Below are positions 48,672 to 62,572 of a stretch of DNA of 64,000 nt, in pieces. Numbering within the stretch: the first letter of the stretch is position 1; every line of letters starts with the position of its first letter. The DNA is taken from the NCBI GenBank assembly GCA_051942245.1, contig JAVECL010000051.1:1-64000 (forward strand), in the 5' to 3' direction. The notes beneath the pieces are model-generated. The model worked only from the letters and a program-made list of their open reading frames with translations. It was not told where the DNA came from and made no database searches. The position numbers were made by a program, and so were the translations under genes. This DNA comes from Trypethelium eluteriae (lineage: Eukaryota).

Positions 48672-51202
48672 CAGCCATGGTCCAGAAATGTGCAATGATT
48701 CGGTAAGTAATAAGCGAATTAAAGTTGGTCAAATTTTTACTCATCCGATTGTAATACCGAAAGATAGGAGTCAAGTATGGTTGGCAGTCTAAGCGCCAAA
48801 CCAGTTACCAATGCCGCCCGGAGAACAGACTCTATGTGATCAGGCTCCACTGAAACAGAAAGATGTGTCGCATACTATCGTACCCACATAGCGCTCAAAG
48901 ACTTAGGAATGGGGAAAAACCGACGAACGAGCTTATTCCTAGGGGATTGCCTTTCTCAGATGCTGGAGTCCACAGGCCATATTTTGTTCAAAAAATGCGC
49001 GGAGTTATCGCCATGCTAGACTATTTCCAAACGCCCTGTCTTCCAAAGCAGATCATCGGGAGTTCAGCAGATCCTTCTGAGACCATCAAAACTTCCGTGA
49101 GTGACTGCGCTTTAGGTAACAGCTCGATGAGATTACGGGAAAAGTGGATCTAGAAAGTGAGCACTCATCCAGTAGATTGCCTCCGGGCAGTGGACGAATA
49201 CTACTGGAGCACACATTGCGAAGAAGGTATCATTCATTGCCCCGTCTTTCCCCTGGAACTCCGGTCTCACTTGGTGCAGAACTCTCGAGGAGAGTCAATC
49301 AAAGCCATTTTGCGTCAGCGTTGTCCGCAGGAACATGATCCTCAGGATTGTATCAAGGCATTGGGGAAACTCAACGATTAGCGGGAATGGACCATGATTC
49401 ATGGGAGTGGGAAGAGATTGGGAATAGGAAGAGATGCTGATATGCTTTCGTACATTCCCTAAGGTTACACCAGGCTCGCACGATAGTCTATCCCTTATTG
49501 ATAGACCAGACGAGTCTTGCGGCGATAATTCCGCATTGATCAGCCTGAAGACAACTTTGTCGGCGTTCTCGCATGTCGAGACACGTGCATCTAGACAACC
49601 TTAGATTGTGCCCGAAGACGCGTCTACAAAGAGCTCAAATCATGAAATGGAGGAGCTCAATAAGTCTGGTATCCATGTACCGATCGCTTCGAGCTTCGAC
49701 CAGTGGGGCCTCAACGCGAAAAGCTGACTAGTAATACTGGAGAGAGAACGCCGATGCTTTTTCCATCGGCTTCTGGTAATAGCAGAGATGCCGTGCAGTT
49801 TCTCGTAGAGACGCGTCGTAGAACCAGAACGTGAAGTTCCAGTCGCCGCGAAGGGATCAGAGTGCGCTGTTCCCGGAGATGTTGATGAGTATCCCAACTT
49901 GCGCGATAACCATAATCCATCCAAAGGATTCAGGCAAGGTAGGATCATATTTCCGGATCTTGCTACTGCCGATGAAGGTGCTCACGAAACTTCGCTGCAC
50001 CCTGTGACCTTTAGATTTGAAGACCGGCAAAGCGGCATTGGGGACCAGAAGCGCACTCGTCGTGGTGGTGCCAACACAGCTTACCTATCAGCGCGAGGCT
50101 ATCAATCTGCATAAGACATCCAGGACCATTCACCCACTTGGACCAGATGCCTACCAGGTAAGTTAATCATTCGAGATAGTACTCCCGATCACTTCAACTT
50201 CTTGCTATGACCATCTCTAGCCCAGATCCCAAAATTCAAGGCTTTTGCCGGGTATAATGATTACAGCGGGATTCCTATCTGTCTTCGCGCTTTCTTCGTT
50301 CAGAACGACAAATTAAGTGGACATCCTTTGTGCAATAAGATAACTGCATAGGCAAGGACAGCAGGGTTCTCGCCGACGAGGGGTGAAAACAACCAAATCA
50401 CCCTCTCCTGATCAATGCCGGAGCAAGACACCAAACCCTTAGTGGACAAAACCCCACTAAATTCTCTCAGTGTGTATCTGTATAGGTTTTCGGTGCTCGA
50501 AGTGATCGCTTCTGCTGAAGTTTTGTGGCGCTTGTCACACGTGCCACAACAACTCTAAGGTAGGACCGCGCGAACCGGTAGGGGTTAGTCAAAGGGGACG
50601 AAGGTTCAGGGATCTCTAGACCCCTCCAAGCTTCAAATTTCTCCTTTCCTCTTCAATGCACCCCTCCGTCTCGCAGGTTATTCACCCCGCATTTTCTCTC
50701 CCTTGTTTTCACAAATGAAGCCTATATTAGAGACTGCAGAGAGCTCTAAAAAGAACGTTCTAAGACTCCCCGGGTTGCATTGACACTTGCCGGTTCAGCC
50801 GATTCCCCGGATTTGGCCTATAGCCTGATTGCGTTCCGAATTTGCCGACTGGCTACTGTCCATGCCTCTTCATCTATTCAGATTACCCAGGAGCGATGGT
50901 CGAGCGTACGACCATGTTCCATTTACAATCCGTCAGATACACGTACAGCAATAGGCTCTCTTTATTGTTCTATAGCATCCACTTGATTGTCTTTTCCGAA
51001 ATAGTATGGTCACACTCACCTGTCCCCTGGCTCCTCTGTAGCCTCATATGTTTTGGTCACATCTAGTTCCTTGATGCGTCTTCACTCCTTCTCCAATCAT
51101 CAGAAGAGTTCTGGGTGTAGATTTCATCGCGGCGCGTGAGAATATGGTTTCTTACAGCCTCTTCCACCAATTAAGCAACCAGCCGGCTGAATCAAGCATA
51201 CA

Positions 51203-51208
51203 TATAAA
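51203..51208 (+). promoter_or_regulatory. TATA box of the AA9 gene
   Basis: TATAAA about 105 bp upstream of the ATG at 51312, followed by a CT-rich leader. Confidence 0.55.
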
Positions 51209-51311
51209 GACCTCTTGTCTGTCGTAGGCCTTTGACTGTGCTCAGACATCCCGCAATCATTCTCTTACTCTAGTCGTTTGTGCCGATCGTCGGCCATACT
51301 CTCTCGTTGAA

Positions 51312-52102
51312 ATGAAGAACCTTCTTACTTTGGTGGCCTCGGCCTCAACTGCTCTCGCTCACGGCGGTGTTCTCACCTACAACATTGGCGGGAAGATCTA
51401 CAATGGCTTCGTTCCATACAATACCCCTACTGGCCAAAACACTATCCAGCGCGAGTGGGACAGCTATAACCCCATCCAGGACCCCACGTCCAGCGGCATG
51501 ACTTGCAATCTCAATGGTGCTGTGGCAAATGAGATCGCCACCGTTGCCGCTGGCAGCAAGATTGTTTCGTACTGGACCAACCCTTGGCCACATACCATTG
51601 GTCCAATGGTCACATGGATGGCGAACTGTAACGGTGATTGCGCCTCCTTCACCGGAACCGGGAAAGTCTGGTTCAAGATCGACCAAGCAGGTCTGATCTC
51701 CGGGACACTGGCGACAGGTCTATGGGGTTCCGGCGAGATGGTCAACAACAACAGCACATGGACGTCGACCATTCCAGCAAACCTCAAGGCCGGTAACTAT
51801 CTTCTCCGCACCGAGACCATGGCCATCCACACTTCTAACGCGCCTCAATGGTGAGCTTCTCCACTGATCTACAGAGTTTCTTGCAAAATAGTATGGCTGA
51901 CGTTTCGAAACTCAGGTACCCGGAATGCGCCACCCTCACCGTCACTGGCTCTGGAACCGGTGTTCCTGCCAGCTCTTACCTCGCCGCGATCCCCGGCGTC
52001 TACAGCATGAGCGACCCCGAAGTCAACATCGACATCTACTCGAACGCCAATGCTGGCGTGACCACATACACGATCCCCGGTCCTCCAGTGTACACTGGCT
52101 AG
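51312..52102 (+). CDS. AA9 lytic polysaccharide monooxygenase, no CBM
   Basis: Signal peptide then His1 (A-HGGV), second His in PWPHTIGP, WFKIDQAG, AGNYLLRTE, H..PQW|YPEC with axial Tyr, PGPPVY. Intron 51851..51915. Confidence 0.96.
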
Positions 52103-53542
52103 GCCATCGTTCAATGGGACTATGGGGACGGCTATTGAATGAACGGCGTGTGAATATTCTAGTGAGTCGATATAGATGTATATAGCTACTACGATAAATA
52201 CTTAGCCTTAAATCTGTATGATCTATGGCGCATATCAACAATTTGCCCCTCATTTTCCCTCCGTCTCCGCTCTAGGCGTTCCATGAAGCCAGTCACTCCT
52301 TAAGACGCTTACATCCTCTGTGGGGGGACTTATCCTCAGAACATCAAGCCCTTTTCCCAAGCAAGTCGGTTTCATCGACTCATCATTCTTTACGCTTTCC
52401 GAAACCTCCATGCAGGAGCTACAGGGCCAGATGGACATGCCGTCGTTGATGATTTTAGAGTTTAGCCCAAGATACTCACAAATTGTATTTGATTGAGAAA
52501 AAGCTGACACCGTAGGCGTAAACCACGTTGACAGGACGATCCGCTATTTGCGCCTCTGTTGAATTCCAGAGGGTTTCCGAGACCGGCCGGTTTTGTCCGC
52601 TCCGAAGAAAGGCGGCTCATTCAACCACGAGTGTGGGATGAAAAACCGGCAATGCTCTGACAAGGAAGTTTCAGTGTCGAACCTGAGATCAGAAACAGAC
52701 CTCTTGGTCTCGAACTTGGTGGTTTCTCGGCCATTGGCTCAACCTCGTTACCGCGGTTAGATGCCTGATTGGGTATGATAGCACCAACAAGGATCTCACC
52801 ACATTAATTCCATGATCACCAAATAGCCCCCCGAGACCTTAATAGAACTACGTGGTTCTTCTTGCTCTGATACAGCTACCCTAGAGTTCGACAATGAGTT
52901 CCTAAGTCCTATTGGATCGGACAATCTGACTGGCATGTCAGCCCGAGCTTATCATGATGAGTTCGCTGTCAATTTGTGATGTTCGGTCACTTTCGCATTG
53001 GGTTTTGTGGTTCGGCACCGGTGAATGCTGGATTGATATCCATAACTCCAGATTTCATTTCGCCCTGATTCATCTCTTCTATCGCTCAATCGTACAGCCA
53101 TCGAAGCCGAGAGGCTAGCTTACGGTGGAGCCAAAAAGCTGTTCGTATGCATGGCCTGACTTATGTGGGGTCGAAGTCTTCGATATTGAGGCTTGAGCTC
53201 GCGAATGTCGTACCTCTAGAGGTGGATCCGCCCGAAAAATATCGGCTTCATTGCTTTTGCGCACAGCGACTTCGGCCGAAAGCTATCGGTCGACCGCGCA
53301 TCATTCACTTCCTCCAGATACATATAAGAGCCGGCTTGAGCGAGGAATGCACTGACTTCACCCCACAAATACTTTGAATATCCTTACGAAGTTTCAGTTC
53401 CATATAGGTATAATTCCTACGATACAGCTTCGACGTCTATCAGAGCTGTCCTTGCTCTTGTGTCTACATCTTCATCTCACATTGTGGGCCGACTTAAACT
53501 AGTCGCCTTCAAAGTTCCTTGCACTCTAATATCTGAGATACC

Positions 53543-55151
53543 ATGGCCGTTCAGAATTCTTACCTGGAGACCAATGAACCAGAATTAGTTCCCCTTGCTC
53601 AGTCTATCCTTTCTCTCACGCAATCCTTGTCCAGTCACCTCTCACAGCTCTCACATCCCGCTCCGACTTTTCACTCCACCTCAGCGGGACCACCACTGAC
53701 GCTGACGTACGAATCGCTTCGTTATCGGCTCAATTCTGCTGCATTGGACCTACTACGCTTGGTCAATGGTCCCAAAAACACTTTCCGTACTTTTCTCTTT
53801 TCCCACTATGACCTCGCCGCCTACCAAGTGGCATTGGAGTTCGATTTCTTTGGTGCCGTGCCCTTGGACGGAAAAGTCACTGTTCAGGAGATTGCAGCCA
53901 AAGTTGGCATAGATTTGGATCGAACAAGCCGAATACTTAGGACCTTGGCAACACAAAGGGTATTCCGGGAAGTGGGTCGTGAGGGATTGGGGAGCACGTT
54001 CGAACATACAGCATTGAGTTCGATGTTAGCGCGCGATAAGACGTTAAGAGATGCGTTTCTCATGCAGTGAGTCTATTTCTTCTTGATACTTTCTTACATC
54101 TCCCTGCTATCTGCATCAATTCTTGCGCCGATACTGATCTTGCAGCTTGGATGAATTCTTCGGTGCCGCGTCTGCAACATCCATGAGCCTACACAATGCT
54201 CCTAAGATAAGCGATGCAATGCACTCCCCTTTCTACGCCCGTCATGGTGTACCGGCCTATGAATTTTACGACAAGAACCCGGACAAAGCTATCCGCTTTG
54301 CTAGCGCGATGGCCGGTGTAACAAAACGTACGTGCCTGATCCATTTGTTTATGACAAAGTTGAATGAAACATTGGATGCATGAAACGAACAACCGAAATT
54401 ATTGACAATGGACCAGTTGATCATCAGGTCACAAAGCTCCGAGACGAATTCAATTGGGCTTCCTTGCCGGCTGGAAACGTTGTCGATGTGGGTGGGGGTA
54501 GTGGACACGTCTGTATCCAACTAGCCCGCGTAAGTACTTCTGCTACAGCGAGATCATCCGCGACAGCTGTGGCTTATTCTCCTGTCTATGTGTATCTGAG
54601 CTAATGCATCTCAGGAGTTCACGCATTTGAAGTTCATCATTCAGGACAGGCTCGTCATGTTGAACGAAGGACGTGAGCTTTGGACTGATGGCTTAAAGGA
54701 TCGTGTAGAATTCATGGAACACGACCTCTTCAAGCCACAGCCAATCCATGACGCCAGCGCTTTCTTCATGCGTCATGTCACCCACAACTGGACGAATCCT
54801 GACTGTGTGCGAATTTTTCGCTCACTTGTTCCAGCATTAGAGAAATGCGCCAAAGGGACGCCTCTGCTCATAAATGATCATGTGATACCGGAGTTCGGAG
54901 AAAAAACAAGCTTTGCTGAATATGAAATAAGACAATTAGATATGCTCATGTGTGTCGTTCTGGGTTCGAAGCAGAGAAGCAGGAAAGAGTTCGAGGCGTT
55001 GTTGAAGGAGGCAGACCAGCGATTTCGGGTCAGTAAATCCAGCATGTCAATTTGTACGAGATTTGAGAGATGTACTAACGATTGAGCATAGCTCGTCAAA
55101 GCAAACAGCACCGAAACTATTGGATTCCTGGAGGTTTATCTAGATACCTAG
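53543..55151 (+). CDS. SAM-dependent O-methyltransferase (secondary-metabolism type)
   Basis: N-terminal helical/dimerisation region, VPLDG..EIAAKVG..RILRTL, RFASAM, SAM motif VVDVGGGSG, FIIQD, MEHDLFKPQP, FFMRHVTHNW, LDMLM..SKQRS. Four introns; stop at 55149-51. Confidence 0.92.
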
Positions 55152-55895
55152 ATACTAGCCCCAGCTATCACCACCGATGTCAGAGGGTGTACTCGATCAT
55201 GCGTCGGGACTCTCTTGCCGCACTCGACACACCGACTTCTACCCCTCAATTATGCTCAATCAGACAATTCGCGACTTTGTACTGATTCATTTCCTATGCT
55301 TTAGATAGCTAAGCTTCCTTAAGAAAGTTTTGGAGATACTTACATTTTACCAATGGTTCTAAACATGGAGTGGGCTTAAGGCCGAGGAATTTTGGAGCGT
55401 GATATTTTCTATGTCTCACCTTGATTGCGGTACTTTCAAGGAATCACATTTTCAATGCCTACATCATTCTGTGACAGTCTTGTGTAGATCGTAAGCACAT
55501 GATTTCTATTTCTCCCACAGGTCAGCAGACGGGATCTATTCGAGGTGCTAAGCGAACCACATCCTCCTCTCCCACTTTTGCCCTTGATAGCCTCCTAAGG
55601 TCTCGGGGTTCGACGACTGATTCCTAGAAAAGGTTTCTGGAAATTCGAATCATAGAAGAGAGACGTCATCTCCCCAGAAGCTGCCAGAAGCTATAGCAGA
55701 TAGCCCATACAGGTTGGCCACATTTCGTTACATTTTCCTCATGTAGCAGTAAGCTACCAGCTAGGAAACTTCTTCATCTACGTGAGCTCAAATTATGCGG
55801 TGATGTCTCATCTCCAAAAAGGAGACGAACTCCACTCCCTCTCTCCACTCGAACACCACAAACGACAAAATCAAAGAACTCCATACAGGCAAACA

Positions 55896-58343
55896 TCAAT
55901 TTGCATTGCACAGATCAAACCACTGTTCCAGCACAACGCTCTCGGGATCGAGTTCATATTGTGGCGAGCAAGAAGCCGTGTGAGGCAAGACTGACTCACA
56001 AACCCCGCTATTCAAGCCAGGTGACGAGGGATCCGAGCAAGGGCGGCTTGTTCCAATGTCGTTCAGTGCCAGTCCTGACATGATATCACATGACTGTCCT
56101 GAACTATAATTGGCAGCCGCGTCTGTCGCTGGCCATTGTGAGCCTTCACTTGGGAATGGCGGAAGGTCAATCCTTTCAGACGATCTTGGCGAAGAGTCAA
56201 CTCCAAGGTCGGTCGGATACACATCGAGTGCTGAGCAGTCATGCGCAGCATTCTCGACCATCTCGAATCCAAGCCAGCTGTTGCCCTTCATATGACTATT
56301 ACTTGTCTCGTTGATAGACACTCGGCTCGATGCAGCGAGACAGTGTAGCTGCGAATCAGATAATAATGCGTCGAGTTTTGGTAGTACTTCTTTCAGTTTC
56401 TGCGTACCAGTCTTGGCAATACGATTGGTCTCCTGAAGTAACGTCAGACGTTCGAGTGCCTTTATAATATGCGCGCGACATTGAGTTGCAGTGAATGTTC
56501 TCCTCGGACTAATTTGCGTATGGAAAAGGGAAGTACGCTTGTTCCGTAATTGTCCCTCGGCCAATATCTTGTGGCTAGTAAATGTACTCATTAGACACAT
56601 AGCAAGCAGCATGGCAGGCTCAAAGGTAAAGAAGCTTAATAGAAAGAACCGGTTGGTGTTCCCGCCCATCAACCCATGAAGTTGCGACACGCTTTCTAGT
56701 AATGAAACGGTCGCGTTGACCAAGTAGTTATGGTGCTTCCAGACTAGATCCTGCTCATATTGTAACATAGTCTGTATATGCTCCGGCGCTAAGTGTAAGA
56801 GCGGTTGAAATAGCTGGCACAAAATAGCAAATACAGATATTCGGAGCGTTTGCCGTTGGCGCGACAGCATCGGAAGTTTCTCGTCCCACTGTAGGTCAGG
56901 AATATGCAGGTCAAATTGGGAGGGCAGCTGGTCCACGAATTGTTGATGCAGGCGCTCATAGACTTCTTCGATACGGCTAGGATCATAATGACCGGACTTA
57001 ATGGAGTCCATCACTCCTTCTGCAAAACACAGCTTGCAGAGCTTCGCCTGGAGGAGACGTCCAGTGAATGGATCGGGGATGTTGAATTTGCTGAGACTTC
57101 CAGAGATCAAGCGTATTTTCGACATTTCATTGAAGTGGTCTTCTGGAATGCAGGGCAGACGACCGAGAAAAAGAGACAGAAACCTGTCACAGATGTACAA
57201 ATTGCAGAAGGCTCTCCGCCTCAACTCTTTTTCCAAGTTATCCATTGGCTGTTGCAACCGTGATGATTCCTCAAGACGTATATCAAGATCTTGAACGATC
57301 CTGACTGTGGATCCCAGGGTATACCAGGCGTCCCTCATCAATCCCTCGTTTTTAAGGTAGCAGACATGGTAGAGAAGATACTGTACGCAGACAAGTGATT
57401 TTGGACCGTCAACTTGTTCACTTATCTTGTGGAGTCGTATCGCTAGTGTATCACAGTGGGTGCGGATAGTATCGATAGGGATACCCAAGATCTTCTCGGC
57501 CGTGTGGGTACTTGACGGCATGAATTGTGCGCTATACGCGCAAATGCGGAGGATTAAAATTCCAAAGTCAATGCTATCCTTACTTGATCCGGGACACGTC
57601 CTCCACCATTGATTATAATGATTAAGAAACATAGATGGATGAATCATCTCATATATCCAATTAACTTCTTTGAAGAAATGCTGGACGAGGCAGTTGACAA
57701 CGGAGTGCTTAGGAAAACGTTCGAGGCATGTGCGGATGTCTTGCTGCAGCCATCCAGGGATGGTAGCTGAAGACTCTGACTCCAGTTCCTCTTTGTCCAA
57801 TAAGTTGAACTGAGACCAAAAAAAAAGGTACTTGGTTAGTACAAGGTAGTGTGAACTAATGGCTGAAAGGATCGAAGGGGTATGTTCGTCAATATGGAAC
57901 ATCTCTACCTTTTTCATCAGACTGATAAGATTCGATTTACTTCCCTCAAAGTAACCAAGACAGGATGACACCTTAGCATTGTATCGAACTGAAGAATCTG
58001 TGTCTAGAATATCTGGTGTTGACGGCGCTTCTTGCGCTCTTCCTGTCCCGCCAGCTAGTGGGCTCGTCTCCGGAGAATTTCTTTCTTCAATGCCATGTAT
58101 ATTGGAAGCCGATTTGTCTGCCTGTGGCGTTTCCGAATCAGTAAATGAATAGCTACACAGCTCAGGCAATCTTCGGTGGACGCATTTGGCACAAGGGTAC
58201 TGATGATCGCACTGCGTCTACATTAGCTATATGATCCCATTCTACGCGACGCTTGAATGGAGTGACTGCACTTTCTGCTTCTTTTGGTAGCACTGACTGC
58301 ATGCAGCTACCGGACGCTTCCGCTTTTTTGGCTCTGATGGCAT
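55896..58343 (-). CDS. Zn(II)2Cys6 transcription factor with fungal-specific TF domain
   Basis: KRKRPVAACSQCYQKKQK|CDHQYPCAKCVHRRLPELCSY (intron 58212..58271). Middle region LVQHFFKEVNW, ELRRRAFCNLYICDRFLSLFLGRLP. Confidence 0.9.
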
Positions 58344-61004
58344 AGGTACTAGGATGAGAGTAGTAGGAACGCTTGCAAAGAGACCAGAAATACTGCGGTC
58401 GTTGGCGTTCTCATGTTTCGAGTTGATCAAGAGAGCTGATATGTCACTCATAAATTCGGAGGGAAACTTGATCCGTGTTGCTGGATGAAGAGGTTACGGG
58501 ACATAACGCATGAAAGGACGGGATCTCAGCCACCACTAACGGCCCATCCCATAGTGCCACCTTGTGCAGCGTCGTGGCTTTTTTTCTTCCTTGTAAGGCA
58601 AGACGCCCAGTCGGCGATTCTCCGACTCCGCCGGGCACCAGCTACAAATCATCCCCCTCGTCATTTACACCTCCGGTATCGTTGACTCTGTCATTTCTAA
58701 GCACGTATCCGTTCCAGACAGGCCTTTAGAGTTGAGGTGATGACCTTCTGTGTTTGGTGATAAAATACCGAAAGTTGAGAGTCTGAGGAGTGATGCACTT
58801 GTAGTGGGGTAGACCGTGGTTGGCACCATTTCCCGAATCCTCCGTGCCGTGCATCGAGTCTTGTGAGACCAAGGTAACTGTCTACTCAGGGTTTCGCGAA
58901 GAGATCTGCTCTGAAATCCTTGTTTCATCACCGCTATTGGTGACATGATCCGGTCCCGTCTTCTCGTCTTGAGATGATTGGAATCTTGCCGTCAGGTGCT
59001 CGATCTACTATTCTTCTGCGTGTCTGTCTTCTATGAAGTTCTTCTTATCATCAGCGACTCACTATTGGGTTCCAAAGCTTAAGAAAACCGCCTTGGCCGT
59101 CCTTTGTGTGGCGCCGAGAAAATGATCAGTGCTGTGAGGACCCACTGATGCACAGCACGTCGTTAGAATGCGTCAATCGGCCTCACAGTGCATGTCCGAG
59201 GCTACATTGCTTTTTAACAACAATGCTCATGGAAATTTTGGACCAACGAGGTCATGAGAAGATTACCCCCAGTGGATAAGAATTCTTCGCAAACCCTTGA
59301 CCAGTGATATACCCAGAGTTTTTTGCAGCATCTCGAAGGATCCCGTAGCCAGCGGATGTATTCGGATGGTGAGCGTCATTCGACATTGGCGCTTTTGTGC
59401 CGTTCCAAGCCGTGATCTAGCGGAATTATTGAGTTTCTATGATCGCAGCCACGGTCGCAGCAGAACACTTGTGAGATCCAAATCCTAGTGGCACAAGAAT
59501 GAACTTCGACCTGGATGCAGCATGCAAGTGCTTCAAGTAACAGGAACAAAATGGCGATAGAAAATGGATACGATAAGGTGAAGGTGTTTCAGAATCCACG
59601 GTGCGATAGTCGATTTTCCAATCGTCGATGTGCAGGAATCCTAGTTTCACCGCATAACCTGTACCCCATACGTACTCCGTCTAGAGGTCTTCTTCAGGAA
59701 CGCCATCTACGGTTAATCGAGGGCCATCTTACTCCACAGTAAGCGCTTAGGGCATCGCACCACCACACTGCACAGATTGCGTGGCCTGGCTGATATGCAA
59801 CTTGCTTGTTTTACATATGTCGAGCGTACTGAGGTAGAGGTAACGCGAGATCTGTACTGCGAACGGCTCGTAGAATCGCATGATCCGTCGAAACTCGAAT
59901 GTAGCCACATCACGACCGAAACCTCTTCAGCTCTATCTCAGTAGACTATGGTGATCTACCTAACACATTTGATGGTCCCCTGGAATTAAGGGGTGGGAGG
60001 TCCCTGCACCTAGTACTAGATCTAATTGGGCAACTACGTAGCCTCGACGGCAAGGCTGAGGCAATAGCGTCGAAAACATCGGATCCGGACCTGACTTACA
60101 TACCTAAGTTGTGTATAGCTCCAAGTTCGACACGGAGACACTACAGCTTCAGGTTATTGGTTTTCGTTCGGTACTGTATGATACATTGTAACAACTTGGG
60201 AGGATCTACTTGAAAGCCCCCCCCGCAGCATCGGTGGCGCAGTGACTCAGACGACAGTGACTCGATGTAGTATGTTTCTGCTACGTCCTGATCTGTTCAA
60301 TCTCAATTTCAAGTCTTCTTTGATCAAGCTTACTACAAGCAAACGAGCGCTTAGAAGTCAGTGCAAACGGTCAAGTCGAACCTGACAGCCAGGTAGTCCA
60401 ACGGCGTACGCTCGCGATACTGTTCATTTTGGGCAATTTGCTCTCCAACACGTCGCGATCGAAGTTCATCGAAAGCGCCTTGCGCAAACGCATTTTGCCG
60501 GGAGAGAGCAGACGGTGTTCACTGTTGGAGGAAGCTACTCCCTGAGGCCCTGGATGGAAGTGCGTTCCATAGGTGGTTATTACCGCATTTGCATTAGTGC
60601 ATAGTCAATATTGTCTCATCTGCGGTTTCTCCCAGATCCTAGACTACACACACTACAATCAACTCAGTTTCTCTACATTCAACATTTACGATACTCTCGA
60701 AAGCAAGCGTCATCAAACAGTACTATTCGAGTCAGCGCTCGTGCTATGAGGTCATTCTGCCTTCCAAGCTATCGAATCGAGCGGACTCCATCAAAAACAT
60801 CTTGCTAGACCCTTGACCTTGCTACCCAGGAAGAGTTAGAGTATTCGAAGATTTTATTACTTTTCAGAGCCAGGCTCTCAAAGACTCCCCAGTTATATCA
60901 CGGGTTGTCGAAGGGCACACTGAATCTCAAAACAAATTAGCAGAGTCCAGTCGGACTGATGCGCACTGAGTGCCTGGTCCTGGCCTGGCCTCTACGCGTC
61001 GGAG

Positions 61005-61234
61005 ATGAGCTGCCGATTTTGACACCTCAACAACCACCATTTCAGCTCTGATCTTGTCCGAATTTGGTGTTCACAATTGACTCATTTAATTATCAACTCT
61101 ATAAACGTCGTCAATTCGCTTATAAGGTAGTTGTATATGCGCTGAATTTTCTTTTAAATCTACTTTCTTATCCTATGCAGAGGTTTGTGGAGGTGATTGT
61201 TATTGTTATGGAGGGGTCAAAATTGGCAACTCAT
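61005..61234. mobile_element. Degenerate MITE / DNA-transposon relic with imperfect terminal inverted repeats
   Basis: ATGAGCTGCCGATTTTGACACCTC (61005-61028) matches the reverse complement of 61211-61234 (ATGAGTTGCCAATTTTGACCCCTC) at 21 of 24 positions. AT-rich interior. Confidence 0.6.
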
Positions 61235-61807
61235 AGTACTTGGACAAAAGGCGTCAGGTAAGGCAACCTCAGCAATTTCGCCGCGCCAGCGAGCGGATAA
61301 TTTTTCGCATGACTGTATTCCGGACCCGGAGAGCTGGTTTGGACGTTTGATCATCAGTGCGGAAACTCCCGAAATCCTCTTGCCCGGAAATGCAAGCGCA
61401 CCCTGCAGACACTTTCCGGTGTGACCAACCGTACCACTGCAAGCTACTGATTGTGGTAGATTACATTTCTATTAGGCAGCGGAAAAGGAGAAAGCGGAGG
61501 CCGTTAATACGATAATTACCTCAGCGCGTGTCGAAGCGAAGAGCCAAAAACAGTTTAGCTATCCAAATAGCCAAGGTGCTTCGAAAATCCAGCGAGCTCT
61601 CGTGATGATAGCCATCGCCTCTATTGAGACTTCCTCTGAATGATATGATTCTCAGCCGCAGAGACCAGGGGTGCCTTGGATGAAATCCATCTGGTAGACC
61701 GAAGTATAAATACCAGAGGCAAGTAAATTTCTCATGGATTCATTTCACAACATTACTTGAGCATCTTCATATATTGCGCATGTTCTATGTTAGAATTTGT
61801 GCGGCTT

Positions 61808-62572
61808 ATGAACATGGTTTCCTTGCTGCAACTCTTTTCTATCACTCTTGTTATCCTGCCTCGCTTAACGCAAGCATGTCTCGGGCATGCACTCCTACAG
61901 AAACGCCAACTCCCTGGTCTTAACATCACCTTGGGTAATTCTGATCCCCAGCCTCCTGCCACTGTAGGCTACAATCTCAACCATCTTGCCATTGCCGTGC
62001 CCAATCTTACGGCGAGTATGGACTTCTACGTCAATGCGCTCGGCTTCCGAGAGATGTTCACGCTGCCGATCACCGAAACGAATTCTTTCACTTATCTAGC
62101 CTATCCTCAGGGTGGACGGAACGGCACTGGGTATCAGACAGCTGAGGAAATGACTCGGCAAAAGAACAATGCAGAGGGTTTACTCGAAATTGTCTACTCT
62201 GAGGTATCCTTCCTTGTGTCTGCAGCTGTCTGGCTTAGGTATTTTCATGTCTCTAAGTGCGGCTAACAATCTCTGCAGTCCAACAACAATGCTGCTGCAC
62301 CCCATCCCAGCAATGGCCTTGGCTTTTCTCATCTCGGCTTCATAGTGCCGTCCGTTACAGACACTCAGTCTCGCCTAGAAAATTTTAAAGCCACAATTGT
62401 TAAGCGCTCAGGGGAGCCTTTCACTGAAGAGATTCTGCAGAAGTACTTTGGCGTACAAGCTGGACAAGTTTCGCAGCAACAAGTCGCGGAGTTAGGAGAT
62501 ATATTTACCTCATTGTTATTGGCGCTAGATCCCACCGGCTATCTATTGGAATTTCAGCAGCAGGACCCATAG
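61808..62572 (+). CDS. Glyoxalase/VOC-family (lactoylglutathione lyase-like) protein with predicted signal peptide
   Basis: LNHLAIAVPNLTASMDFYVNALGF, YLAYP, GLLEIV, GFSHLGFIVP, DPTGYLLEF give the His/Glu/His/Glu metal-ligand pattern. Hydrophobic N-terminus then KR. Intron 62204..62278. Start at 61808 or 61814. Confidence 0.85.

Noticed and set aside
49636..50000. Minus-strand frame containing SLRGDWNFTFWF, reminiscent of a glycoside hydrolase segment
   Set aside because: One short motif among stops; insufficient evidence.
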